Positions 9,248-18,894 are shown, counted from the stretch's first letter. The stretch: 56,721 nt of DNA from a virus (IMGVR_UViG_3300027819_000014:1-56721); one strand, 5' to 3'. The notes: generated from the letters alone by a model not told the origin. Numbers and translations: made by a program.

Positions 9248-9510
9248 TTGGGCACATCCTTATTCATTGGTTTGAGCACTACACTAACACGGGCTTTGGC
9301 GTAGCTTTGTTTGAATCCGGCTTGGTGGTGTGCGACGTATGCCCGCCACTTATCGTTGTGACAGGAGCCAAAAGCGATGATAGGTACGCAGATGCGTTTC
9401 GATTCTGCAGCCAGCGCTTTCATTTTGGTCCGGATTTCAGCGAGCTGATTTATTTTCTTGGAGATTCGGCTTGGTGCTTCAGGGATTGTTTTCCGTTTAG
9501 ATGTTTTCAT
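9244..9510 (-). CDS. Hypothetical basic protein
   Basis: ATGA overlaps. Confidence 0.7.
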   Translation of the reverse strand: MKTSKRKTIPEAPSRISKKINQLAEIRTKMKALAAESKRICVPIIAFGSCHNDKWRAYVAHHQAGFKQSYAKARVSVVLKPMNKDVPK

Positions 9511-9713
9511 TTGGTGTCATCCAGACATTGGTTGATTCGGCGTGCTAGCATCCGTGCCATCTTCCGGGTGAGGGTAAAGCTAAATCCGGCTTCATCTCGT
9601 TTTGGAAAGAAAGCAATTTTTAGGTCTGTAGTAGATGCTGTGGTAACTGCCGCGTATGGGTAGACTCCAAATTTGTGAGTGTGCCAACCCACAGATGGTT
9701 TATGTTTTGCCAT
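9507..9713 (-). CDS. Hypothetical protein
   Basis: RBS GGAG; operon packing. Confidence 0.7.
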   Translation of the reverse strand: MAKHKPSVGWHTHKFGVYPYAAVTTASTTDLKIAFFPKRDEAGFSFTLTRKMARMLARRINQCLDDTK

Positions 9714-9716
9714 GGT

Positions 9717-10040
9717 TCACTCCTTCACCATCAATGACAAGTGTGCCAGCATCACTTTCCGGACCTCTTCGTACACCGGGTCTTCGATTGATGCCCAGCT
9801 AAAGCCTTTCATGTTGGCGAACGCTGTACCGCCACCTTGAAAGTACCGGCGTCGAGCTTGGGTTCTTCCCACCACCTTTTTGAAAACGTCATGGATGGAG
9901 CAGAAAGCCACCGCGTACCCCCAGGATGTACCGTCATGTCTGGCGAATACGGTAGCGGCTTTGACTTTCGGATGGTTGGGGATTTGGAAGTGGAAATACC
10001 GTTCTTTATGCGTGGTGCTTTTATGCGGATGTTGTTCCAT
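9717..10040 (-). CDS. Hypothetical protein
   Basis: RBS AGGAG; AFCS..DVF.K..GR..A motif seen in small phage proteins. Confidence 0.7.
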   Translation of the reverse strand: MEQHPHKSTTHKERYFHFQIPNHPKVKAATVFARHDGTSWGYAVAFCSIHDVFKKVVGRTQARRRYFQGGGTAFANMKGFSWASIEDPVYEEVRKVMLAHLSLMVKE

Positions 10041-10209
10041 GGTCAGGCTCCTGTAGTTTTCTGGAAAGTTCAGAAACGGTTACATCTCTCCGGTTCGGGT
10101 GTGGTTTTGATTTGAACTGTTCCCAACGCTTTTCGGTAAACAAACCCATCATTTCGATTGGTCTTTCGTTAGGATACATCCACAGATATTTGATCAAGTA
10201 TTCATTCAT
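10021..10209 (-). CDS. Hypothetical protein
   Basis: Operon packing. Confidence 0.55.
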   Translation of the reverse strand: MNEYLIKYLWMYPNERPIEMMGLFTEKRWEQFKSKPHPNRRDVTVSELSRKLQEPDHGTTSA

Positions 10210-10212
10210 GGA

Positions 10213-10584
10213 TCATTTCCTTTTGGCTTTACGTCCATGATACCGTGTGCCCGCAATCTCCGGGAAACCGTGCGCGGTGTAGAAGTTTTTCAGACACCAA
10301 ACATCCAGATGCGGATTACGGGGGTAGGGTGAAACTAGAAATACCACATCGGTGTCGGTTTGATCTTGCCACTGCCGCAGTAATTTCAATAAATACAGCC
10401 CGACGCCGTTGCCCCGGTGATCCGGGTGAACGTACAGATTGGTCATCAGAGCAATATGGTGATTGTAGATGCTGACTTGCGCTGCTTTCGCCTCACGTTT
10501 GGGCAGATAGCGGATGACGAAGTGTGCTTTGTTGCCGAGCGTTGGGTGATGGGCCTCAAAGTAGAAGCCACGTGGGATGATCAT
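10213..10584 (-). CDS. GNAT-family acetyltransferase
   Basis: LYVHPDHRGNGVG and LKNFYTAHGF. Confidence 0.85.
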   Translation of the reverse strand: MIIPRGFYFEAHHPTLGNKAHFVIRYLPKREAKAAQVSIYNHHIALMTNLYVHPDHRGNGVGLYLLKLLRQWQDQTDTDVVFLVSPYPRNPHLDVWCLKNFYTAHGFPEIAGTRYHGRKAKRK

Positions 10585-10763
10585 AGAATTTCCATATTCT
10601 TAATTGGTATTTCTACTCGAACCATCCGATATCCATGTGTGGTATCGCGACCAAACAAAAGATCTTGTTCTGCGGCCTCATAAGAAATGAACGGTCCAGA
10701 TATTAAGGATTTGATTTCGCCGTGTTTGTAGAATCCAACAAAGTATAGGTAAAGAGTAGTCAC
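10581..10763 (-). CDS. Hypothetical protein
   Basis: GTGA overlap start at 10763. Confidence 0.55.
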   Translation of the reverse strand: MTTLYLYFVGFYKHGEIKSLISGPFISYEAAEQDLLFGRDTTHGYRMVRVEIPIKNMEIL

Positions 10764-11080
10764 TTCCGCTTCTCCCGTTGCATTTTGGCTACACATTCCA
10801 CGATGGCGCGGTTGAGGTCTGTACTATGGCGGTCAATAACGACACCTTCTGATACTGCACACCACATATCGTTATAGAATCCGCAGTTGATGTGCAATTT
10901 CTTCACCAGCGCCATCGCCTGTGCGTCGTTGTGGAGGGGCCAATACGGAGAATCCAGTTTTTTGACAAGAATCATGGCATCATAGTCAAGTTCGGCATTC
11001 GCTGCGCGTTCGGCAATTATTGTATAACCCATCGCCTCCGCACACAGCCGGGTCATTTCTAGATCAGTCATGTTGCTCAT
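10760..11080 (-). CDS. NinX/DUF2591-like phage protein
   Basis: LCAEAMG..WPLHNDAQAMALV..NRAIVECVA. Confidence 0.55.
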   Translation of the reverse strand: MSNMTDLEMTRLCAEAMGYTIIAERAANAELDYDAMILVKKLDSPYWPLHNDAQAMALVKKLHINCGFYNDMWCAVSEGVVIDRHSTDLNRAIVECVAKMQREKRK

Positions 11081-11187
11081 CCTAGCCACCCCACATAGAT
11101 AACGATGAGGACGCCGATCACGCCGATCGCGGTCAGAGTCCAATCGAGTTGATTGTTTGGCCAGAAGTGGTGCCGTTTACCGTTCAT
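11077..11187 (-). CDS. Small membrane peptide (36 aa)
   Basis: RBS AAGGAG; hydrophobic TAIGVIGVLIVIYVGWLG. Confidence 0.55.
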   Translation of the reverse strand: MNGKRHHFWPNNQLDWTLTAIGVIGVLIVIYVGWLG

Positions 11188-11203
11188 GATTTAGTGCTCC
11201 TTT

Positions 11204-11491
11204 TCAATGTCCGTGGTGGGTGCGGAAGTTTTTCACTACAGCCAATTGTTCCTCAGTCAGCATATGGTTGGCTTTGGCGAACGCCAGCCCCTGCCACCCA
11301 TCTTCCACTTCCGGGTAACTGATCTGATCCCGTACCGGTACGCCCTCGGCCAGGATCGTGTACCGAGTGTAGACCTCGTAGAAGTTGGGGGAGGCTTGGA
11401 CGGTGAAGGGACCGAGCGCGAACTGTTGTGGGACGGTGGACGGGGTGTCGTTTTCAGTTCGTACTCGGATGGTGCCGTGATTGTTTTTCAT
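11204..11491 (-). CDS. Hypothetical protein
   Basis: Operon packing. Confidence 0.7.
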   Translation of the reverse strand: MKNNHGTIRVRTENDTPSTVPQQFALGPFTVQASPNFYEVYTRYTILAEGVPVRDQISYPEVEDGWQGLAFAKANHMLTEEQLAVVKNFRTHHGH

Positions 11492-11520
11492 TTCGGTTAC
11501 GCCTTTGTGATTAGATTTGA

Positions 11521-11826
11521 TTATTTCTGTGGTTTGATTGCGTCAATTGCACGAAGACTGTAAATCTGCCAACCATCATCACACCATTTTTGAATGTACG
11601 CCATATAACGAATTCCGTTATCTGGAATAGTTTTTAATTGAAACCAAATGTTGGCTCCACCATAACAGCCGCCGATCCAGGTGCCCCATTGGAATCCTTC
11701 GTAACCAACAACCTCATAACCTAATTGTTTGAATCGGTCAGGTGCTGCCTGTTTTCCTTCGTCTAGATTGGCATAACCACATCCGGTAAATAATAAGACA
11801 AGAGATACTATGTACGCATGTTTCAT
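11521..11826 (-). CDS. Putative lipoprotein
   Basis: Signal peptide with lipobox-like FTGC; RBS AAGGAG. Confidence 0.7.
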   Translation of the reverse strand: MKHAYIVSLVLLFTGCGYANLDEGKQAAPDRFKQLGYEVVGYEGFQWGTWIGGCYGGANIWFQLKTIPDNGIRYMAYIQKWCDDGWQIYSLRAIDAIKPQK

Positions 11827-11858
11827 TTTAGCACTCCTTAAAGTTTAAATTGGTTATA

Positions 11859-12482
11859 TTAAAATGCTGCATCTGCACCGGTACGGATGCCTTTCTCATC
11901 CACTACCATGCTCGGTGCCCAACCGGGTCCATTGATAAAGTGGAGCCACGTCTTGTAATCACCTTCTGTATCCCCACCCCACCTGTGAGTTGACATGTAA
12001 TGTGCCAGTTCCTCAGGTGTGGTGAATACAGGCGAGATCGGACTTCCTTCGCTCACGGTTTCCCAAATTTGATACCCCGGCCCAGCAGGTGGTTCAGTCG
12101 ATTGCCATGCGACGTATTCGGCTTTGTTTACAGGATCAATTCCGTCCCCGTCACAATGAGCACAGGTGCACCAGTCTTTGGATAGCCCAGCCAGTTCACC
12201 AAGTTTCTTTACCGCGATATAGGCATCCGAGGAGTCATGACCGAATGGTGCGTGTGGTGCTCGGCCACACAAAAACGTGGTGATTGCAGACACGTTTTTA
12301 TCTTTTAATACTGCGCGATCCCACATCAAGCTATTGAGGTGTTTGGCGATGATGTCGTAGCTAGCCGAATATCCGGCGCGGCATTTTGGGCATTCTTTGT
12401 AATGTGGATTGACAAAGCCAGCCCAAGGAATGTTAAGCGGCCATGCAAAATCCAGTGCGACTCGTTTCAGTTCACGTCCCAT
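11859..12482 (-). CDS. Hypothetical protein with two CxxC motifs
   Basis: MGRELKRV..CPKC..CAHC..GYQIWETVSEGSPISPVF. Confidence 0.8.
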   Translation of the reverse strand: MGRELKRVALDFAWPLNIPWAGFVNPHYKECPKCRAGYSASYDIIAKHLNSLMWDRAVLKDKNVSAITTFLCGRAPHAPFGHDSSDAYIAVKKLGELAGLSKDWCTCAHCDGDGIDPVNKAEYVAWQSTEPPAGPGYQIWETVSEGSPISPVFTTPEELAHYMSTHRWGGDTEGDYKTWLHFINGPGWAPSMVVDEKGIRTGADAAF

Positions 12483-12499
12483 GATGTTCTCCTTTTTGA

Positions 12500-13258
12500 T
12501 TAACCAATTGATAAGAGTGCCGGGTTAAGTACTGTACCTTTCTCGTTAGCTTTCTCTCCCTCGGTGCCAATTTGGGTTTTCAAGTTATGCCATCTGCGTA
12601 ATTGCTCTCCATGTTTCCAGCAGTTGGCTAAGGTCGCAACTGCACAGCCATACATGAACCCGGTGATGCCTTCCAGGTCGGCTATCTGTGAAGTGTCATC
12701 GGCGACTTCTTCAAGCGTTTTCCCGAGAGACATCTCAAGTTGCATTAATCGTGCCCACCGTTCTGAATATGTGATTACTGCCCCGCCGTAGCCATCTGAG
12801 TTTTTATTCTTGAGTTCTTGCCAACGTATTTCATCGGACAGTTCAATGTTGGCGGCACCGATCAGTTTATTTTCAATGGCAGTTTGTTTGATGTTGGCTT
12901 CTCGATCGATTTCCGCATAGCGTTCTCGACGTTTCCGTTCGTTCTCAGCCTCGATCCGGTTATCGTTTGCTATCTCTTCCGCCGTAAGAATCGGATTAGG
13001 ACTTGGCCCAACAGCACTGTTGGTGTACCCGCTCAAAGCGCGGGACCAGTCACGATAGATTAAGTCTGGGTTAGAATCTTGATTTACGGTTATCGTGACG
13101 CCGTTAAAATCAAATTGTATGTCTGCGTCAAGATTATTAGCCAGTGTGATGGCCTCGGAGATTGTGGTTGTGACGCTTGATCCTATCAATGTTTCGATAC
13201 TGAATAAAACATTTCTGATCTTTTTCGGCTTGCCGTAGAAAGATGTGAATCTGTTCAT
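12500..13258 (-). CDS. Hypothetical protein
   Basis: 252 aa; RBS AAGGAG. Confidence 0.8.
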   Translation of the reverse strand: MNRFTSFYGKPKKIRNVLFSIETLIGSSVTTTISEAITLANNLDADIQFDFNGVTITVNQDSNPDLIYRDWSRALSGYTNSAVGPSPNPILTAEEIANDNRIEAENERKRRERYAEIDREANIKQTAIENKLIGAANIELSDEIRWQELKNKNSDGYGGAVITYSERWARLMQLEMSLGKTLEEVADDTSQIADLEGITGFMYGCAVATLANCWKHGEQLRRWHNLKTQIGTEGEKANEKGTVLNPALLSIG

Positions 13259-13446
13259 TTCTGTTCTCCTTTAGTCACTCTTTCGTCACATTCAAATGTA
13301 ATTACAACAGGGGTTCTTTTACGTTGAAATGTTTCCTGATGCGGTCCGGAGTGTCCTTTGGGTAATTGACATTTGATAGTTGCGTGGTTATCCCCAAAGT
13401 CATCTCCGATGTGAAGCTCAGCCAGACAAATGTTACTCATGATCAA
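13255..13446 (-). CDS. Small Cys/His protein
   Basis: C..CQLPKGHSGPH motif. Confidence 0.6.
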   Translation of the reverse strand: MIMSNICLAELHIGDDFGDNHATIKCQLPKGHSGPHQETFQRKRTPVVITFECDERVTKGEQK

Positions 13447-13900
13447 GTTTCCTTTTTACGTTGAGCGGCAATTTTTGGTACAATTCTTCATCGAACTTTT
13501 CGGTTGTGAGTTTGTACGCTCTTGCCGCAAGGTCATATGCCCATCCTGCGTTACCGCAAAGGGCATCTCTGAAGGCTTCCAACTTGATCAAATCATCCCG
13601 TAATTGGGTGATGATCAGATACACGTTGCTACAGCTTTTGTCCGCACCACCCTCCAGCAGAAACGTCAGGAAGTTATTAATTTCTTCAGGGGTGAATCTG
13701 ATCGGCGGACGTTTTACACTAGTTTCTGATCCCGGATGGTTGGTGGTTGGGGTATGGGTGGTAACAATAATTCGAGCGCCCACGCCTCCGTTTCTTTTGG
13801 TTTTACATCCGGAATCACATAGATCGTGGGCTCCGTTCAGACAGTTATAGCACTGCCTACCGTTGTAAGAGGTACATTTACACGGGTGTAGCATAGTCAT
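13433..13900 (-). CDS. Hypothetical protein with Cys-rich N-terminus
   Basis: ATGA overlap start at 13900. Confidence 0.65.
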   Translation of the reverse strand: MTMLHPCKCTSYNGRQCYNCLNGAHDLCDSGCKTKRNGGVGARIIVTTHTPTTNHPGSETSVKRPPIRFTPEEINNFLTFLLEGGADKSCSNVYLIITQLRDDLIKLEAFRDALCGNAGWAYDLAARAYKLTTEKFDEELYQKLPLNVKRKLDHE

Positions 13901-14751
13901 TTCCTGCCCTCCTTTGTCATCACTAGATCGATCATCTTGCCGTATTTCTTTTCCCAAGCTGCTGTACCGACGTTCTTCAAAAACCAGTCGGCCTGTGCGG
14001 GCGTCATATTCACGGGGAAGTATTTGTGATACCATGTACGGCAGTCTTGCAGGGTCATTTTCTTTTTGCCGGGTGTGGCGTTATGTAGCCGCAACATTTC
14101 CCGCTTCATGTCATCGATCACCAGTGACCGTTTGACTTGCCCCAACATGATGTCTTCGGCCCAACAGTGCACGACGGGTTTGCTACCCCAACGGTTACGG
14201 ATTGCCCGGCGTAGCGGCATTACCGTATTCCACCATTCTGCTTCTCCTGTTCCGCCCCACGTATCAAGTAGGTAGAAGTCGAATGGTGCTTGGTGCAGAC
14301 GGTCACTGGTGAGGTATTTCATAATGTCGGAATGCACCGTATCGTAGACTCCATTGGCGCAGAGTTTGATTACCTCTTTCGACTTCTCCACGACCGTTAC
14401 TCCAGTAACACCGGGAATTTCGGTCAGTCGTTTGGCCACGATGCCTAACCCTAATCCGCCGACCAGTACCTCGCCTTGCGGTTTGACCGTGTACAGCATT
14501 TCTTCGATTTGATTTAATTCTTCCGGCAGATCGGTCATCCAGATTTGTTGCCTTTCACACAATTCGTGGATCAGTAACGGCTCATCGAGTTTGGCGTTGA
14601 GTGGTTTCACGCCTCGGGTATAGGCTTGCCGCATGCCGATCACGGGTGTGGTACCGGTTACGACCCGGTGTTTTACAGAGAACTTGCCGATTGTCTTTTC
14701 CGGTAGGTCGATGGGGGATTTGTACCAGGCGGGCTGATATGGTGTGGTCAT
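13897..14751 (-). CDS. Class I SAM-dependent methyltransferase (spermidine-synthase-like)
   Basis: VLVGGLGLG, VTVVEKS, LLDTW. Confidence 0.8.
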   Translation of the reverse strand: MTTPYQPAWYKSPIDLPEKTIGKFSVKHRVVTGTTPVIGMRQAYTRGVKPLNAKLDEPLLIHELCERQQIWMTDLPEELNQIEEMLYTVKPQGEVLVGGLGLGIVAKRLTEIPGVTGVTVVEKSKEVIKLCANGVYDTVHSDIMKYLTSDRLHQAPFDFYLLDTWGGTGEAEWWNTVMPLRRAIRNRWGSKPVVHCWAEDIMLGQVKRSLVIDDMKREMLRLHNATPGKKKMTLQDCRTWYHKYFPVNMTPAQADWFLKNVGTAAWEKKYGKMIDLVMTKEGRK

Positions 14752-15110
14752 TTCGGTTTTCCTTTCCTAAGTATTTCTCGGTACTTGTGTGCTGCTTTTA
14801 TTGTTTTCTTGGCAGACGGAGCACTGATATTTCCGGTACGCATGATTTTGTATAGTGCGTCATACAACGCACATCCGAACCAACCCATTGCCGTAATAGC
14901 CATGTCGTATTCGTAATTGGCGGTGCTGAGCGCTTCACGTTTCTTGGTTGCATCTGGATCGTGCTGCCGGCAATAGTGCTTGCCGTCCTTGGCAACGATA
15001 GACCATTTACGTTTACATTGGTGCGATCCTCTGTACCAACCGTTACTGTAGGTATCTACCTTTTTGGAGCATTTGGTCGGATCTAGAGTTGGTGTGGATT
15101 TGGTTTTCAT
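14748..15110 (-). CDS. Hypothetical protein with C-C-C-H zinc motif
   Basis: C..HQC..YCRQH; start at ATGA overlap. Confidence 0.65.
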   Translation of the reverse strand: MKTKSTPTLDPTKCSKKVDTYSNGWYRGSHQCKRKWSIVAKDGKHYCRQHDPDATKKREALSTANYEYDMAITAMGWFGCALYDALYKIMRTGNISAPSAKKTIKAAHKYREILRKGKPK

Positions 15111-15550
15111 GATATCTCCTGAGATTGTTTTAATTCGTCGCGGACTTTCATCAGTAATTTGCCGAGTTTGTTTTGACCGACGCCGTTGCATACGCCCCAG
15201 TAAGTGTCATACCAGTAGTTATGCTCGATCAATTCTTGTTCTCCCGTTTCCAGAAGTAATTTGGCCAATCCTGGATTTGAGAATTTGATCCGAAGAATAT
15301 CGAGCATGATCGTGTCTTTCACCTGCTCCCAGTCTTTTCGTAAAGGTAAGCTGCGGGCACGGTGTTTGGCTTGTCCCGGCGTAGCACATGCCGTAACCCA
15401 ATCGTGGTGTGTTTGATTGGTCATTTTAGCGGCTTGGTAGGCGTGTTCTGCTGTCAAGTACCATCGCCCGTTGTACAGCAGGCGGGATGTGTGGAAGTTG
15501 CTGAGGAAGGCCCAGTGGCCTACAAAGGCGGGTGCGGTTGGCATCATCAT
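15107..15550 (-). CDS. NADAR (YbiA-like) family protein
   Basis: FLSNF, TAEHAYQAAK, KFS..L..LL.TG, DTYWG, GQNKLGKLLMKVRD; RBS AAGGA before 15550. Confidence 0.92.
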   Translation of the reverse strand: MMMPTAPAFVGHWAFLSNFHTSRLLYNGRWYLTAEHAYQAAKMTNQTHHDWVTACATPGQAKHRARSLPLRKDWEQVKDTIMLDILRIKFSNPGLAKLLLETGEQELIEHNYWYDTYWGVCNGVGQNKLGKLLMKVRDELKQSQEIS

Positions 15551-15559
15551 TTCCTTTAT

Positions 15560-15804
15560 AAAAATAAAGCCGTTTTCGATCCACCGAGACGGTGCTCGGA
15601 GCGCTATCAGCCTCCCGGCCAAGGTGCGCACGACCCTCATATTATTGATTTCAACCTGCCATTCGTAGCCTGCGCATTTCCTTGCTAGGCACTCTATGGT
15701 CAACTTGTATAGCTCATTCACGCCGGACGCTTACGTTCCGCGTCACATCAGTGTCGCTACTGTCCGAGGGCAGATTTACCACCGGCCTCGGCTCCGGTGA
15801 GGTC
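15560..15804 (-). ncRNA. Putative structured intergenic RNA
   Basis: Nested stems 15798-15804/15632-15639, 15769-15776/15653-15660, 15756-15760/15665-15669, 15740-15744/15726-15730. Confidence 0.4.
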
Positions 15805-16055
15805 TATTTGATGGCAAACGGTTTTGCGCCACGTGGAACCATTTTCATCGTGACTGCACCTTTTTCCATTAACGGGCACGGCGGGCCAAGCGGATCAAGT
15901 TCACCTTCCATCTCGTACCCTGTTGGCCAGTGTGATATTTGGCTTGGGCGGAATGATCCGGCCCATATGCTAACCGCTTCATGTATGTACTGACGCATCC
16001 TTTCTCGGGATACACTCGGCACACGGATGACGGACACAACGTAGTGATCTTTCAT
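15804..16055 (-). CDS. Hypothetical protein
   Basis: ATGA overlap. Confidence 0.65.
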   Translation of the reverse strand: MKDHYVVSVIRVPSVSRERMRQYIHEAVSIWAGSFRPSQISHWPTGYEMEGELDPLGPPCPLMEKGAVTMKMVPRGAKPFAIK

Positions 16056-16291
16056 TTCGGTACCTTTCCTTTCTTCTGTTTTGTTTTCATCTTCTGCATT
16101 TGTTGCCGGAAGTAATCACCACAGAACTTTGGCGGGTTGGCGATTTTGGCTTTCAGTTCTTTTACCTGCGATTTCAGGTTGCCGTTTTCGCGCTCGATCG
16201 CGTAACGATGGTCCATGGTGCCGACCGCGAGTAATATGGCGAGTACGGTAACGATGCCTGCGAGTATTTCGACGCGGGTTGTGTATTTCAT
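16052..16291 (-). CDS. Membrane-anchored coiled-coil protein
   Basis: N-terminal hydrophobic helix. Confidence 0.65.
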   Translation of the reverse strand: MKYTTRVEILAGIVTVLAILLAVGTMDHRYAIERENGNLKSQVKELKAKIANPPKFCGDYFRQQMQKMKTKQKKGKVPK

Positions 16292-16551
16292 ATCACACAC
16301 TTCCCGGGTTTATCTTCCGTGTCAAGTTTGGCAAGTACAGCACGACTATGATTACAGTATTCTAGTGCAGCCCTTGTTCCGGCTAAATCTCCAAATAAAT
16401 ACAGCATACCTTCAAGAGCTTCTTTCAATTCCGCGATCTGCTGCTTCGCCAATTGCAATTGATAGTGCGTCACGGTCGCATTCGGTACATTGGTGGATAG
16501 AGCGGGGCCAAAGGTGTTATGCCTGATATTGATTTCTTTGTCGGTGTTCAT
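16288..16551 (-). CDS. Hypothetical protein
   Basis: RBS GAGG. Confidence 0.65.
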   Translation of the reverse strand: MNTDKEINIRHNTFGPALSTNVPNATVTHYQLQLAKQQIAELKEALEGMLYLFGDLAGTRAALEYCNHSRAVLAKLDTEDKPGKCVI

Positions 16552-16565
16552 TTTGATTTCCTCTT

Positions 16566-16892
16566 TTATTTAGTCAGACTTTTGATAGTGGCCTCACATG
16601 CCTTTTCCCAACCCGCCGCGTCGTTGGTGAAATCACCGTGCTCCATGGTTCGCAATTCTTCCATCACCCGATCCAGTACGGCTTGGCTGATGGTGTCCGC
16701 CGATCGTACGTCTTTCAGTAACCGTTCGGACACTAATTCCGCCGCCGCGATCATTTGTTTCAGTTCATCCTTCTCCCATTGCGGGGTGGATTTTGCGATC
16801 AGGTCTTGGTAAAATCGGCCGTAGATCGCACAGGCACGGCGGAGCAGGGTGATTTCGGACGGGCGGAGGTCGATGCTGTAGGAGGTGCTCAT
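16566..16892 (-). CDS. Hypothetical protein
   Basis: Start MSTSYS at ATGA overlap. Confidence 0.65.
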   Translation of the reverse strand: MSTSYSIDLRPSEITLLRRACAIYGRFYQDLIAKSTPQWEKDELKQMIAAAELVSERLLKDVRSADTISQAVLDRVMEELRTMEHGDFTNDAAGWEKACEATIKSLTK

Positions 16893-17038
16893 TTTTTGGT
16901 TATCGCGGTGAAGAGCGCAACAAAGCCACAGAATACTCCTATCGCTAACGATTCCGGAGTTTGTGTTACCCACGCATATCGCGCGAGTCCTACTCCACAT
17001 CCTATCATGTTCAAGATCGCCAGGAAGTATGTGATCAT
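16889..17038 (-). CDS. Small two-helix membrane protein (49 aa)
   Basis: MITYFLAILNMIGCGVGLARYAW..LAIGVFCGFVALFTAITKK*; ATGA overlaps both sides. Confidence 0.6.
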   Translation of the reverse strand: MITYFLAILNMIGCGVGLARYAWVTQTPESLAIGVFCGFVALFTAITKK

Positions 17039-17253
17039 GATATTTTCTCCTTCACGAGATAGATCTTTTTCGGATCGGGAAACGGCTCAGTACCTTCCCA
17101 ATATTCCGTGACCGCGACAAAGGTGCGAACTTTGGGAACCTTCAGCACGGCTGGAAAGCGGTAAGTGACCCAGTCGCCCAAGCCCTTACCCGGCGCGACT
17201 AGACGGTGGTTGAAGCCTTCCACCCGGTCGCGGATTTCATGATCGATTTTCAT
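17035..17253 (-). CDS. Hypothetical protein
   Basis: ATGA overlaps. Confidence 0.65.
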   Translation of the reverse strand: MKIDHEIRDRVEGFNHRLVAPGKGLGDWVTYRFPAVLKVPKVRTFVAVTEYWEGTEPFPDPKKIYLVKEKIS

Positions 17254-17663
17254 TTGCTTTTCCTTTTCGGCTTCATTTCTTCGTGAATCGACTGTAGACC
17301 GGTTATGGTTTTTGCTAGCAGACGTAAGCGTTCCCGTCCTTTTTCTATCACGAAGTGCACTGCAATTTGCGGTGTACTTCCGGACGCAGCAAAATTATTA
17401 CCGTCTAAATACGCGGTATATGCGGGTGCTTGGTGGTTCTGGTTTTGGTACACTTTGATACTTCGGCAAGGTGATACCACGCAATAATACCAACCTAAAT
17501 TTTCCCAAACATCAGGTTTCCATCCCGACCCTAAACGATGAGCCAGTGTATTTGCGGACTTCACAGCTTGCCGATACATTTGGATCGAGCAACCACATCC
17601 GCAAGCAGGGGAGCAATAAATGTTTCCTCGCCTACGGGCTACCCAACTTAGTGGTTTGCTCAT
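17250..17663 (-). CDS. Hypothetical protein
   Basis: YCSPACGCGC..VWENLGW. Confidence 0.75.
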   Translation of the reverse strand: MSKPLSWVARRRGNIYCSPACGCGCSIQMYRQAVKSANTLAHRLGSGWKPDVWENLGWYYCVVSPCRSIKVYQNQNHQAPAYTAYLDGNNFAASGSTPQIAVHFVIEKGRERLRLLAKTITGLQSIHEEMKPKRKSK

Positions 17664-17914
17664 ATCAATTCCTTTACTTGGTTAGCTGGGACGACAAACA
17701 CCGCCCGCTCCTTTGACCAATACCCCGGTGTGGGGAAGTCGGTGAGGTGGTGTGTTGGCCTCCCTTTCTTTTTATCTCTATCCCACCGCAAATTCTTTTC
17801 GATCGGTCCGCGCCCAACTACGACATTGACATTTTTGACCAGATAGATATCGGCGACGAACGTTGCGTCGTGTCCGCAGAACAGAACATTGGCGCCCATG
17901 TAAGGTTTACTCAT
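17660..17914 (-). CDS. Hypothetical protein
   Basis: ATGA overlaps. Confidence 0.65.
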   Translation of the reverse strand: MSKPYMGANVLFCGHDATFVADIYLVKNVNVVVGRGPIEKNLRWDRDKKKGRPTHHLTDFPTPGYWSKERAVFVVPANQVKELI

Positions 17915-18411
17915 TTGTCTTTTCCTTGGTTAATCAGCGTAAGGTATGCCGGGCATTTGCCTTGTTTGAAATAGGCGCAGCCGGTGGTGCAGACGTCACC
18001 CGTCTTATCTTTTATCCCTATGAACACAACAGTCGTCAGGTCATGTTCTCCATCGTGCAGAAACTCACACCCTGCGTTGTAGAACTGATCCAGTGTGACA
18101 TGATCATTTACCCGTTCGTGTTTGGGCGTCGCCACTCCACGGCTGCCACGTTTGGTATTCGGACGGACTTGGACGGCAGCGGGTTTTTGTTTCGGCGGAG
18201 CGACAATTATCGTAAGCTCACCACGATTCATCACGCCGAGCGTTTTGCCGATCTTGACTGTCTTTGGGGCAATCTTCGGCTCGTACGGTGACGGATTGTA
18301 TCCCGGACGTTTGGTATTTTGCCGGGAGCAGGTGCTGATGGCTCGGCCCCGCGTGTTGTAATCAATCGCATCGCGTTGTGCTTGGGTTACGTTGGTGGAG
18401 AAGGTGGCCAT
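17911..18411 (-). CDS. Hypothetical basic protein
   Basis: RBS AAAGGA before MATFST. Confidence 0.65.
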   Translation of the reverse strand: MATFSTNVTQAQRDAIDYNTRGRAISTCSRQNTKRPGYNPSPYEPKIAPKTVKIGKTLGVMNRGELTIIVAPPKQKPAAVQVRPNTKRGSRGVATPKHERVNDHVTLDQFYNAGCEFLHDGEHDLTTVVFIGIKDKTGDVCTTGCAYFKQGKCPAYLTLINQGKDK

Positions 18412-18549
18412 GATCGTTATTTCCTTTCTGTTTTGATTGTGAATTAGAGTGTGATCAGCAATATCAAAATTATACCGATCATTATGATGCCGTCTGCCTT
18501 TGATGGCTCCGGTCCGTGCCAAGGTTTTGGCGTGTTGTCCCGCATGTGG

Positions 18550-18876
18550 TTAATGTTGTTTTGCATAGTTGACTTTGTAGTCGGAGATCCATGAGCAATC
18601 TCCAAACCGGAGTCGCCACATTGCAAGACGGCCGATATTGATCGGGGCTTTCGGTTTCCAGATCAGGGCAAGGTCAGTGCGCCCGCCGGATGTTTTCATG
18701 AGGTAGGCTTTGGCAAACACCTCCGACACTTTAGTGGCCGTTGTATGACCCTCTTCTCGCCACAGTTTGAATACGCCATCTATCCAATCCTGCGGATTAC
18801 CTCCGGCACCGAGTAGCACGACCCCTTCTTTGTCCGTTTCGCACAGTTTACTGAATGGTGCTGTGGTTACTTTCAT
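18550..18876 (-). CDS. Hypothetical protein
   Basis: RBS AAAGGA; CSWISDY C-terminus. Confidence 0.75.
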   Translation of the reverse strand: MKVTTAPFSKLCETDKEGVVLLGAGGNPQDWIDGVFKLWREEGHTTATKVSEVFAKAYLMKTSGGRTDLALIWKPKAPINIGRLAMWRLRFGDCSWISDYKVNYAKQH

Positions 18877-18894
18877 TGTAATTTCCTTTCCAAA

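Noticed and set aside
15551-15721. N-terminal extension of NADAR (similar over-long starts at 21992, 23051, 18522 and 14035)
   Set aside because: Better RBS or overlap-supported starts lie downstream.
15726-15752. Hammerhead ribozyme (CTGATG followed by a stem, minus strand)
   Set aside because: The core reads CUGAUGU and no GAAA follows the stem.
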